Of a stretch of 64,000 nucleotides of DNA, positions 8,220-16,293 are shown in pieces. A program made the translations under genes and the position numbers. The stretch's first letter is position 1. The number at the start of each line of letters is the position of its first letter. This DNA is from an uncultured Planctomycetia bacterium (GTDB taxonomy: Bacteria > Omnitrophota > Gorgyraeia > 2-02-FULL-51-18), in contig CAZSGP010000003.1 of assembly GCA_964606485.1 (NCBI GenBank), positions 270,479 through 334,478 of the forward strand. Reading direction: 5' to 3'. Below the pieces are notes generated by a model. It was given only the letters and a program-made list of their open reading frames with translations. It was not told the DNA's origin and did no database searches.

Positions 8220-10444
8220 GAGACCTCCACTGCTTCGTCGCGTTTAAAACTTTTTTTAGCTGTTTTACCAATCAAATCCCAATACTGCATGGGCGATAAG
8301 CCGCTTCCCGGTCTCTTGGCCGTTAAATTTTTTTCGGTAAACCGCTCACCTTTTCGAATATCTTCTTTGGCCACCAGGCTTTTGCGCGCCACCATTCGGT
8401 TCTTTATTTCGCAATCCGCCGGCTTTTTTTCTGACGAACCCAGAAGCACTTCGACCTGTCTAACCATTTGAACAAGTTCGGAAAATTCGCTCGGCGATAG
8501 CGATGCGCGGTGATCCGGTCCTGGTAGCTTTTTATCAAGCGTTAGATGTTTTTCAATCACTTGAGCTCCTCGAGCCGCAGCAGCCACCGATGCCGCAATG
8601 CCAACCGAATGATCTGAGAGTCCGACCGATAATCCAAAACGTGCTCGTAAAGTGTCCATCGCAAACAAATGGATAGCTTCGAAAGGTGCCGGATACTCCG
8701 TCGTGCAATGCAGCAAGGTTACTTTTTCGCGCAAAACTGCAGCTCCTTTAGCCGAGTAAAATGCTTTCTCAAAATCAGCCTGGCCGGCGGGTTTGGCATA
8801 ACGATTCAGATAGCCAAAAGCCAGCGCCCCTAATGCGCGCTCAATATCATTCAAATCCGTCATTCCCGTAGACACAATAACCGGAAGCCCGGTGCGCGAC
8901 GCCGCCAGCAAAAGCGGCGCATTGGTAATCTCACCGGACGGAATTTTCAAACGTTTTAGGCCTAGAGCTGTTAAAAGCTCAAGGCTCTTTAGATCAAAGG
9001 GTGTGGATAGAAAATCAATGCCTGCGCGTGCCGCGTAAGCCAAAAGCTCACGATGCGCGCGCTCATCCAGCTCCAGTTTTTTGAGCATTTGCCACTGGGT
9101 TTCAGAGACGCTAGTGGATTTTTTTTGATAATCAGCCTTCTCGGCATTTTTTGAAACAAGCGCGTCCGCTTTGAAGGTTTGAAATTTCACCGCATCAGCC
9201 CCAGCCGCTTTTGATGCATCAATCAAACGTTTAGCTAAATTTAAATCACCGTTATGATTCACCCCTGCTTCCGCAATCACATAAACTTTTTGGGCAAAAC
9301 AGTCAGTAGAACAAAAGCTCTTTTTAACCAACGTTTGTGAATCAACAAGTTTTTCCTTCAAGATCCGGTGAATGCGCCCCGCGCTTTGGCCATCGCCGTA
9401 CGGATTGATGGCATCGGAACAATCCATCAAAAAACTTTTGTGGATTGCGGTAAGGATCGCATCCTTGTCAGCGCGAGATTCAATCACTGACGATGCGGCA
9501 AGTCGTCCCTTTTGGCGATCTCCGATATTCACGGTAGGAATTTTAAAAGACGGCACTTCGTAGAAACCACTCGAGGAGTTACCGACCACCACATTCACAT
9601 GACTCAGAACACTGTAATAAAGCTTTTGACCTAGAGACGGGTAAAAGTGCGCGTTTTTATGCTGCCGGCAAAAAACCTTAATGGCCGCTCGAATTTCATC
9701 GGAGCCCGGATCTGAATTAGGCGCCGTAAAAATAAGACTCGTGTCCGGTCCGAGCTCCGCCAAAGCCGTTAAAAGCGCGGCGATTCCCTGTTTCGAATTT
9801 TGAGCGATTGTTTCCGGATGATACGTTACGAGAAGGTTTTTGGTTAAAAATTTAAATCCCAACGCTTTTTCAGTTTCTTCGCGCGGCAAAAGAGCAAGCG
9901 TACGGATTAAATCCAGCGCCGGACTACCGACGTTAAAAACATTCGACGGATTCTCGCCCATCTGCAAAATCCTTCCCCGCGAAGATTCATTCGTTGCAAA
10001 ATGAAGGTGCGAAAGCTTGGTGATCGCATGACGCACCGAATCATCAAACGCTCCCTCGGTAAGATCGCCGCCGGCGATGTGCGCCACGGGAATATTTGCA
10101 AGAACCGCTGCCTGGGCTGCGCCCAAGATCTCATAACGATCACCGACCACAACCACTGCATCCGGCTCCAGTCGCTTAAAAGCTTCGCCTAGTCCCTTTA
10201 CGGCTTTGGCTAACTCAGTTGCCGTCCCGCCGCCCAAAATTGGCACGCGCGCATCCACTCGAAACCCGTCTTTTTCAATTTCACGCACGGTAAAGCCATG
10301 TGCTTTACTCAAATGTGTTCCGGTCACCACGATCTGCAGACGCATGTCGCGATCGGCTTTTAAATTTCGCATCAACTGGCTTAAATAGCCGTATTCGGCT
10401 CTTGAGCCCGTCACAACACATACCTTTCGAACTCTTTTCTTCAT
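8216..10444 (-). CDS. Bifunctional fusion of a hydrolysing NDP-sugar 2-epimerase (NeuC/LegG-like, N-terminal) with a nonulosonic acid synthase (NeuB/LegI-like with SAF domain, C-terminal)
   Basis: One uninterrupted 742-aa ORF. Residues 1-~380 look NeuC-like (CVVTGSRAEYG..., HPET..). Residues ~385-742 look NeuB-like (VYVIAEAGVNHNGDLNLAKRLIDASKAAGADAVKFQTF, plus a C-terminal SAF/antifreeze-like segment). Confidence 0.8.
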   Translation of the reverse strand: MKKRVRKVCVVTGSRAEYGYLSQLMRNLKADRDMRLQIVVTGTHLSKAHGFTVREIEKDGFRVDARVPILGGGTATELAKAVKGLGEAFKRLEPDAVVVVGDRYEILGAAQAAVLANIPVAHIAGGDLTEGAFDDSVRHAITKLSHLHFATNESSRGRILQMGENPSNVFNVGSPALDLIRTLALLPREETEKALGFKFLTKNLLVTYHPETIAQNSKQGIAALLTALAELGPDTSLIFTAPNSDPGSDEIRAAIKVFCRQHKNAHFYPSLGQKLYYSVLSHVNVVVGNSSSGFYEVPSFKIPTVNIGDRQKGRLAASSVIESRADKDAILTAIHKSFLMDCSDAINPYGDGQSAGRIHRILKEKLVDSQTLVKKSFCSTDCFAQKVYVIAEAGVNHNGDLNLAKRLIDASKAAGADAVKFQTFKADALVSKNAEKADYQKKSTSVSETQWQMLKKLELDERAHRELLAYAARAGIDFLSTPFDLKSLELLTALGLKRLKIPSGEITNAPLLLAASRTGLPVIVSTGMTDLNDIERALGALAFGYLNRYAKPAGQADFEKAFYSAKGAAVLREKVTLLHCTTEYPAPFEAIHLFAMDTLRARFGLSVGLSDHSVGIAASVAAAARGAQVIEKHLTLDKKLPGPDHRASLSPSEFSELVQMVRQVEVLLGSSEKKPADCEIKNRMVARKSLVAKEDIRKGERFTEKNLTAKRPGSGLSPMQYWDLIGKTAKKSFKRDEAVEVS

Positions 10445-11586
10445 AAAAAGGCACTCGACGGAATATTGAGAATTCGCCGCTCTAGGTCCTCTGCGATACT
10501 CAAATCCATTTTTGGACAGCTCTTAAACATGGGGAGCTTGTGCATTAAAACCCAAGCCGGCCGCGTCATCAACCCACTCTCGTTGGTTTTGGCCAACACG
10601 GCATCTCTGTGGCCGGAATTTTTGGAATCGAGCAGAAGTACATTCAGCCAGTAATTACTCTTAGCATACGAAGGCTCCTTAAAAAACCGAACCCCCTCGA
10701 TTTTTTCAAAATTTTTCTGGTAGCGCGTTGCAAGCTTTCGCTTCGCCTCGAGCATCTTGGGAAGCGTTTCCAGCTGTGCGCAACCTAGTGCCGCATTAAG
10801 ATTGGGGAGCCGGTAATTAAAACCGACTGCATCATGGTAAAAATTCCACGGGTGTTTGGCCTTTGCGGTCGTGGTTAGATGCTTGATTTGTTGGGCCAAC
10901 TTCGGATCTGCGGTCATCACGGCGCCGCCCCCGCCCGTAGTCACGATTTTGTTGCCGTTAAAACTAAGACAGGAAAACTTTCCGGCAAAACCCGTATGCT
11001 TTTTCTTATAAAAACTACCGAGCGACTCTGCTGCATCTTCGATCAGAACAATATGATGACGATCCGCCGTCGCTTTAATGGCGTCCAAGTCTACCGGATG
11101 CCCGTAGGTATGCATTGCAATCAGCGCCGGAATGCGCTTACCGGTTTTTTTATTAAAGCATTCACCGTTTTTTTGAAGCGTTTCTTTTTTTAGCCAGGCA
11201 TCAAGTTTGCTGGCATCAACACCGAGAGAATTTTCTTCACTGTCCACGAAATGCGGCTCCGCCCCGCAGTAGGTCACCGCATTGGCCGTCGCGACAAAGG
11301 TTAGAGTCGGCACGAGCACCTCGTCCCCTTCTTTTACGCCGGCCATTCTCAAGCAGATATGCAGCGCTGCCGTTCCGTTCATCGTCGCAACAGAAGAAAT
11401 GCCCGTAAAATCGGTGAGAATCTGCTCGAAGCGGTCTACAAATTTACCAGCTGAGGACACCCATTTGGTGTCAATGCATTCTTTCACATAATCGGCTTCA
11501 TTGCCCTCAAACAAAGGCTCGTGCAAATTGGCCTTTGCACCCACGGTCGCACGAATCGCCGAAAAAATCGCGTCGGAAACGGGCAT
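10441..11586 (-). CDS. DegT/DnrJ/EryC1/StrS-family PLP-dependent sugar aminotransferase (LegC/PglE-like)
   Basis: Fold-type I sugar aminotransferase sequence of ~380 aa with the FNGNKIVTTGGGGAVM region. It is located within the nonulosonate operon. Confidence 0.8.
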   Translation of the reverse strand: MPVSDAIFSAIRATVGAKANLHEPLFEGNEADYVKECIDTKWVSSAGKFVDRFEQILTDFTGISSVATMNGTAALHICLRMAGVKEGDEVLVPTLTFVATANAVTYCGAEPHFVDSEENSLGVDASKLDAWLKKETLQKNGECFNKKTGKRIPALIAMHTYGHPVDLDAIKATADRHHIVLIEDAAESLGSFYKKKHTGFAGKFSCLSFNGNKIVTTGGGGAVMTADPKLAQQIKHLTTTAKAKHPWNFYHDAVGFNYRLPNLNAALGCAQLETLPKMLEAKRKLATRYQKNFEKIEGVRFFKEPSYAKSNYWLNVLLLDSKNSGHRDAVLAKTNESGLMTRPAWVLMHKLPMFKSCPKMDLSIAEDLERRILNIPSSAFL

Positions 11587-12254
11587 TAGTCGCGATCCTT
11601 GATAATATATTTAGGGGTGTTGCAAAAAGGGAAACTGCGGATTTTAACTTTCCTGCCTTTAAAATAATCATCCACCGCTTTGGTTTCACCGGCAAAAACC
11701 CCGTAATCATCCAGCGCCAAAATCCCGCCCTTCACAAGCCTTGGGTAGAAACGCTCTAAGATAGTCACCGCCGGTTCATATATATCGGTATCCAGATTCA
11801 ATAGGGAAATTTTCAGATTTGGATACTTGCGCAGATAAGCAGGGACGGTTTTTAAAATATCTCCTTTAAGGCATTCTATATTTTTGGAAGTTTTTTTAGC
11901 CGCTAAAACTTTCATCAATTGCTCTGCGCCGATACCCTCTTCACCGGCCGTTTGAATAAAACGCTTACGAAGTTTTTGATCATCAGCAAAACCTGTTTCG
12001 GGAAATTTTCCAAAGGCGTCGAAACCTAAAATTTTTTTTGAGTCCGCTTGGCCAAAAAGCTCACGAAAAATAGCAAAACGACAGAGCGACGCACCTTTAA
12101 AAACACCGCACTCAACTATCGCCCCCTTAACACCCATGCTCATTTTATAAAGTTCGTAATGAGCGAGCATTTTCCCGATTCGCTGTGGCTGACAGGATAA
12201 ATAGAATGAGTTTTCGTATTCGAATGCTTTTTTAAAATCAGGCAATGTGATCAT
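11586..12254 (-). CDS. TylF/MycF-family SAM-dependent O-methyltransferase
   Basis: Macrocin-O-methyltransferase-like sequence (GAIVECGVFKGASL, LDTDIYE). Start is taken at the internal Met MITLPDFKK (12254), which gives a 17-nt overlap with the upstream gene; the ORF extends to 12389. Confidence 0.65.
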   Translation of the reverse strand: MITLPDFKKAFEYENSFYLSCQPQRIGKMLAHYELYKMSMGVKGAIVECGVFKGASLCRFAIFRELFGQADSKKILGFDAFGKFPETGFADDQKLRKRFIQTAGEEGIGAEQLMKVLAAKKTSKNIECLKGDILKTVPAYLRKYPNLKISLLNLDTDIYEPAVTILERFYPRLVKGGILALDDYGVFAGETKAVDDYFKGRKVKIRSFPFCNTPKYIIKDRD

Positions 12255-13266
12255 AGGCGTCCTTGTAATGAATAACATAATTACCGTAAAAATTGCGGTT
12301 TTGGACAGTGTCGGTGAAAGCGCCGGCTTTAAGTGCCGCCAAGAGCTCCTCAATCCCCATCGGAATTGTGTAGCGAGGCTCAAAACCAAGCCGGGATTTT
12401 ATTTTTGAAAAGTCGACGCGATAATTACGCGGGTCGGAACCATGTTCTTTGAATTGGACTACCGCCCCCGGTACGCGCCGGCGAATCTCATCGAGAATTG
12501 TTTGCTTGGTTGCATTATTGGCTTGCCCGCCGGCATTAAAGACCTCGAAGGCCACATCTTGAGAGCGCGCCTCTATTGCCTTCTGAATCACGACTGCAAA
12601 ATCCTTCACGTGGCAATAGGGCCGCCACGTATGTGCGTCGTACACCAAAAGCTCTTTGCCTCGCGCCAACTCATGTGTAAATTCGTTAACCGTCAGATCA
12701 AAACGCATGCGCGGTGAAAGCCCAAAAGCTGTGGCAAAACGCAAAATCACAGGCTCGTAATCGACCTGGCCTTTAAGCGATAACAATGTTTTTTCCATCT
12801 CGACTTTGGCTTGGGCGTAGGTAGACAGCGGACTCAACTTGAAATTTTCATCGGCAAGCTCGTTATCCTTAATCAGTCCGTAATTCGAGCAAGTTGAAAC
12901 GAAAATCACGCGGCTCAGCTTCCTCCCATTCAAATCTGCAATCAAGTCAAGCATTCCGTCACGATTAATTTTTTTAGATTCTTCAGGATATTTTTTGGTG
13001 ATAGGGTCTCCGACGAGGCCCGCCAGTATCACAACCTCGGAAACACCCTCGAGCGCCTTTCGCCGCGCAGCGGGTTCCACAAAGTCGCCGGTCATACACT
13101 CAAAGTTTGGATGGTTCAAAAGCGGTTCGATCGATTTGTGATTCTGGTAAAGAAACAGATCCAGGCATCGCACTGAGTAGCCGTTTTTTAATAGTGCCTC
13201 GCACAACACTGATCCGATATACCCTGCACCACCGATCACCAGTACATTTTTTTTCATTTTAAGCAA
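12238..13266 (-). CDS. NAD-dependent sugar epimerase/dehydratase (extended SDR)
   Basis: N-terminal VLVIGGAGYIGS Rossmann motif, extended-SDR length (342 aa) and a YAQAK (YxxxK) catalytic motif. Candidate 4,6-dehydratase/epimerase step of the nonulosonate pathway. Confidence 0.7.
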   Translation of the reverse strand: MLKMKKNVLVIGGAGYIGSVLCEALLKNGYSVRCLDLFLYQNHKSIEPLLNHPNFECMTGDFVEPAARRKALEGVSEVVILAGLVGDPITKKYPEESKKINRDGMLDLIADLNGRKLSRVIFVSTCSNYGLIKDNELADENFKLSPLSTYAQAKVEMEKTLLSLKGQVDYEPVILRFATAFGLSPRMRFDLTVNEFTHELARGKELLVYDAHTWRPYCHVKDFAVVIQKAIEARSQDVAFEVFNAGGQANNATKQTILDEIRRRVPGAVVQFKEHGSDPRNYRVDFSKIKSRLGFEPRYTIPMGIEELLAALKAGAFTDTVQNRNFYGNYVIHYKDAYDHIA

Positions 13267-14458
13267 CCCTCGACTGAATTCGATTCACCACAATGTCCGC
13301 AAAAGCGAAGCTACTCGTAAAAGCCGGTGACACCGCATTAAGAATGTGTGTTGACCGCGGGCCGTCTTCAATTAAAAAATCCATCACGAGTTTTAAAGAT
13401 TTTTTATCAACGAGCTGAGCACGAAGCCCGACTTTTCCGCAAGATTGAATGTCTTCTTTTTTTAAGAACGGCGCCAAGCGCTGGATACACTTTAGAAATA
13501 CAGACGGATTGTATTTGAAAATTTCCTGACGCACCAACGTGCGAAAGCCGTTTAGATTTTTTAGCATCATCCTGGAAAGATCGCGAGCGATGCCGGCCCA
13601 TTCACCGTCAATACCACTAAACAAACCATAATTTTCACGGCCAAAAGCCGGAATAGCCGTCGGACCCACGTACACCTCGCCCGAGACGGTTTTGGTGGTG
13701 TGAACCCCTAGAAACGGTACATCCAGATCTGGTACCGGGTAAATGGATCCGCGAAAACGCGACGCCGCCTCTGGGCGCAGCTTGCGGTAGATTCCCTTAA
13801 ACGGCATAATTTTGTAACGCTCTCCCACTCCCATGGCATGAGCCACTTCGTCAGCATGAAGTCCCGCGGCATTGATAAGGTGTCCGAAGTGAATTTTAGA
13901 GGATCCACAAGATAAGAAACCGCTTTCAATGTCGCCCAACCGCGCGTTTTTCCGAATCGTCACGCCTTGCGCTGTGATGTCATTTTCCAAAGCAGCCAAC
14001 ACAGCCTTTGAATCAATCACATTAGTATCTGGTGAAAAAATAGCGGCCTCAACCGTGCGCGCTTCTGGCTCAATCTGAGAAAGCCTTTTTTCGTCGATGA
14101 GTTCAACGCGTACGCCGTTGGCACGGCCGCGGTCAAATAAATTTTTCAAAGAAGACACTTGAGAAACATCAGATGCAACAATGACTTTTCCGTTCTTAGC
14201 CAAAGGAAGTTTTTTTTCAGCGCAGTAATCCGCAAGTAGTCGCGCGCCGGCGGCGCAAACTTTAGCTTTTAAGGAATCGGGAGCGTAGTAAATACCAGTG
14301 TGCAAAACACCGCTGTTGCGGCCGCTAGAATGAAGGCCAAGTGCGCGCTCTTTTTCGAGAATGCAGACCGTACCCAGCTTCAGCGCCGCAATTTTTCTAG
14401 CCACCGCCAAACCCACGATGCCCGCCCCGACAATAACGAAGTCGTAACGCTCGCTCAT
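13259..14458 (-). CDS. FAD-dependent oxidoreductase, L-2-hydroxyglutarate oxidase (LhgO)-like
   Basis: Dinucleotide-binding N-terminus YDFVIVGAGIVGLAVA and a DAO-family length. The substrate is unknown in this context. Confidence 0.6.
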   Translation of the reverse strand: MSERYDFVIVGAGIVGLAVARKIAALKLGTVCILEKERALGLHSSGRNSGVLHTGIYYAPDSLKAKVCAAGARLLADYCAEKKLPLAKNGKVIVASDVSQVSSLKNLFDRGRANGVRVELIDEKRLSQIEPEARTVEAAIFSPDTNVIDSKAVLAALENDITAQGVTIRKNARLGDIESGFLSCGSSKIHFGHLINAAGLHADEVAHAMGVGERYKIMPFKGIYRKLRPEAASRFRGSIYPVPDLDVPFLGVHTTKTVSGEVYVGPTAIPAFGRENYGLFSGIDGEWAGIARDLSRMMLKNLNGFRTLVRQEIFKYNPSVFLKCIQRLAPFLKKEDIQSCGKVGLRAQLVDKKSLKLVMDFLIEDGPRSTHILNAVSPAFTSSFAFADIVVNRIQSRVA

Positions 14459-14688
14459 TCGTCTTTGTGTGCCCAGTTGCGGGCCTTGTTGTAGGCCTTA
14501 CCGACTTTGTCTTCAAGCTTGGGCGATAAAAGTCGGAGCAATTCTTTTCCGAGAATCCGGTATTGTTTTCCCACCTTGGCCGAACGGATCAAGCCCTTCT
14601 TAATCATCCGGGTCACCGTGCTCGAGCTAAGCTTTAGAAGCTGCTGGGTCTCTTCGTGCGTATAGACTTCATTTTCTTTGATTTCCAT
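14455..14688 (-). CDS. Small helix-turn-helix DNA-binding protein (excisionase/MerR-type HTH_17)
   Basis: 77-aa protein with YTHEETQQLLKLSSSTVTRMIKKGLIRSAKVGKQYRI, typical of excisionase-family HTH domains. It is the first gene of the minus-strand operon, 4-nt overlapped (ATGA) with the next gene. Confidence 0.6.
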   Translation of the reverse strand: MEIKENEVYTHEETQQLLKLSSSTVTRMIKKGLIRSAKVGKQYRILGKELLRLLSPKLEDKVGKAYNKARNWAHKDE

Positions 14689-14706
14689 CGAATTCAGACC
14701 CTCTAA

Positions 14707-14717
14707 TTGACCGTCAA
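14707..14717. promoter_or_regulatory. Inverted repeat TTGACcGTCAA in the divergent intergenic region; candidate operator
   Basis: Perfect 5-nt arms around a central C, followed by the direct repeat CAGTCAttggCAGTCA (14731..14746). It sits between the divergently transcribed HTH gene and the MBOAT gene. Confidence 0.3.
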
Positions 14718-14813
14718 ATCATATCATTACCAGTCATTGGCAGTCAAACATAGATGTGGGAGAGCTTAAAAATATCATTGCAGGCCCTATCAATAAAATA
14801 TAGAATTTCTCCC

Positions 14814-16286
14814 ATGCTCTTCAATTCCTTTGAATTCGCAGTATTTTTCCCTATCGTCACACTCCTCTACTTTGTTTTACCTCATTCAATGCGATGGTTA
14901 CTGCTGTTAATCGCCAGTTGCTATTTTTACATGGCGGCGATACCCGTTTATATCCTAGTGCTTTTCATACTGATTGGAATTGATTATGTCGCCGGCATTT
15001 TCATCGAGCAAAGCTCCGGGAAAAGACGTAAGTTGTATTTGATTATCAGTTTGATTTCAAATTTAAGTGTTTTGGCTTTATTTAAATACTTCAACTTCTT
15101 TAACGCCAACATAGCTGCACTTGCCAAACTCTTAAACTGGAATTACCCCGTCCGCGCGCTTGAACTCATATTGCCCATCGGGCTGTCCTTTCACACATTT
15201 CAAGCAATGAGCTACACCATTGAGGTTTATCGCGGCCAACAAAAAGCCGAACGACACCTGGGGATTTATGCTTTGTATGTCATGTTCTATCCTCAGCTCG
15301 TTGCAGGTCCAATTGAGCGCCCGCAAAATCTAATTCATCAGTTTCACGAAAAACATACGTTCGATGCGATCAGGGTTTCTGATGGCCTAAAATTAATGCT
15401 ATGGGGGCTTTTCAAAAAAATCGTGATAGCGGATCGTCTTGCAATTCTGGTCAACCACGTTTACGACTCACCACTGGACAAGCCTGGAGCCATCTTGCTC
15501 CTTGGCACCGTGTTTTTTGCCTTTCAGATTTACTGCGATTTCTCCGGCTACGCGGACATCGCAATCGGCTCCGCTCAAGTGATGGGTTTCAAGCTCATGG
15601 ATAACTTCAATAGGCCCTATGCCGCGCGCTCTATCGCTGAATTTTGGAAACGCTGGCACATTTCACTCAGCACCTGGTTCAAGGATTATCTCTACATTCC
15701 GCTCGGCGGAAACCGCGTTGCTCAACCGCGTCTTTACTTTAATCTATTGATCACCTTTTTGATCAGCGGTCTTTGGCACGGAGCCAACTGGACATACGTA
15801 GTATGGGGCGCGCTTAATGGCTTTTATCTAGCTATGTCAATGACGACGGTTCATATTCGAAAAAAAATAACGGACGCATTAGGCTTCGACCGCAGGCCCA
15901 CACTTCACAAGTGGGTTAAAGTAAGTTCGACTTTTTCGTTAATTTGTTTCGCCTGGATTTTTTTTAGAGCCAATTCTATCAGCGAAGCGCTGATGATTAT
16001 TCAACGCATTTTTTTGGATTTTGGAAAGTCAATAAATCCAACTTATCTTCGCTACGATGTTTTCACGTTAAAGAATATGGGTTTTTATAAAACGGACCTA
16101 CTACTGGCCCTTGTGTCCATTGCGCTTATGGAATTTATTCACAAAATCCAGACGCACGGCAGCATTCGCCACATGCTTAGGCAGTATAATATTTTCATTC
16201 GCTGGGGCCTTTATTACGCAATGATTCTATCTATTGTCTTTTGCGGCGTTTTTAAATATACACCGTTTATCTATTTTCAGTTTTAG
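14814..16286 (+). CDS. MBOAT-family membrane-bound O-acyltransferase (AlgI/DltB-like)
   Basis: MLFNSFEFAVFF start typical of AlgI/DltB, multi-pass membrane sequence, and the conserved His region (WHISLSTWFKDYLYIPLGG, LWHGANW). Start is taken at the internal ATG 14814; the ORF begins at 14754. Confidence 0.8.
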   Translation: MLFNSFEFAVFFPIVTLLYFVLPHSMRWLLLLIASCYFYMAAIPVYILVLFILIGIDYVAGIFIEQSSGKRRKLYLIISLISNLSVLALFKYFNFFNANIAALAKLLNWNYPVRALELILPIGLSFHTFQAMSYTIEVYRGQQKAERHLGIYALYVMFYPQLVAGPIERPQNLIHQFHEKHTFDAIRVSDGLKLMLWGLFKKIVIADRLAILVNHVYDSPLDKPGAILLLGTVFFAFQIYCDFSGYADIAIGSAQVMGFKLMDNFNRPYAARSIAEFWKRWHISLSTWFKDYLYIPLGGNRVAQPRLYFNLLITFLISGLWHGANWTYVVWGALNGFYLAMSMTTVHIRKKITDALGFDRRPTLHKWVKVSSTFSLICFAWIFFRANSISEALMIIQRIFLDFGKSINPTYLRYDVFTLKNMGFYKTDLLLALVSIALMEFIHKIQTHGSIRHMLRQYNIFIRWGLYYAMILSIVFCGVFKYTPFIYFQF

Positions 16287-16293
16287 AAATCCT

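Noticed and set aside
13259-14458. Assigning the FAD oxidase a specific role in sugar modification.
   Set aside because: Only the generic DAO/LhgO-family dinucleotide-binding motif is visible. The substrate cannot be inferred from sequence alone, so only a family-level call is made.
14455-14688. The excisionase-family HTH protein as a sign of a prophage or integrative element.
   Set aside because: No integrase, recombinase, att-like direct repeats, tRNA gene or phage structural genes occur anywhere in the window. The gene is translationally coupled to metabolic genes. A local regulator is more likely.
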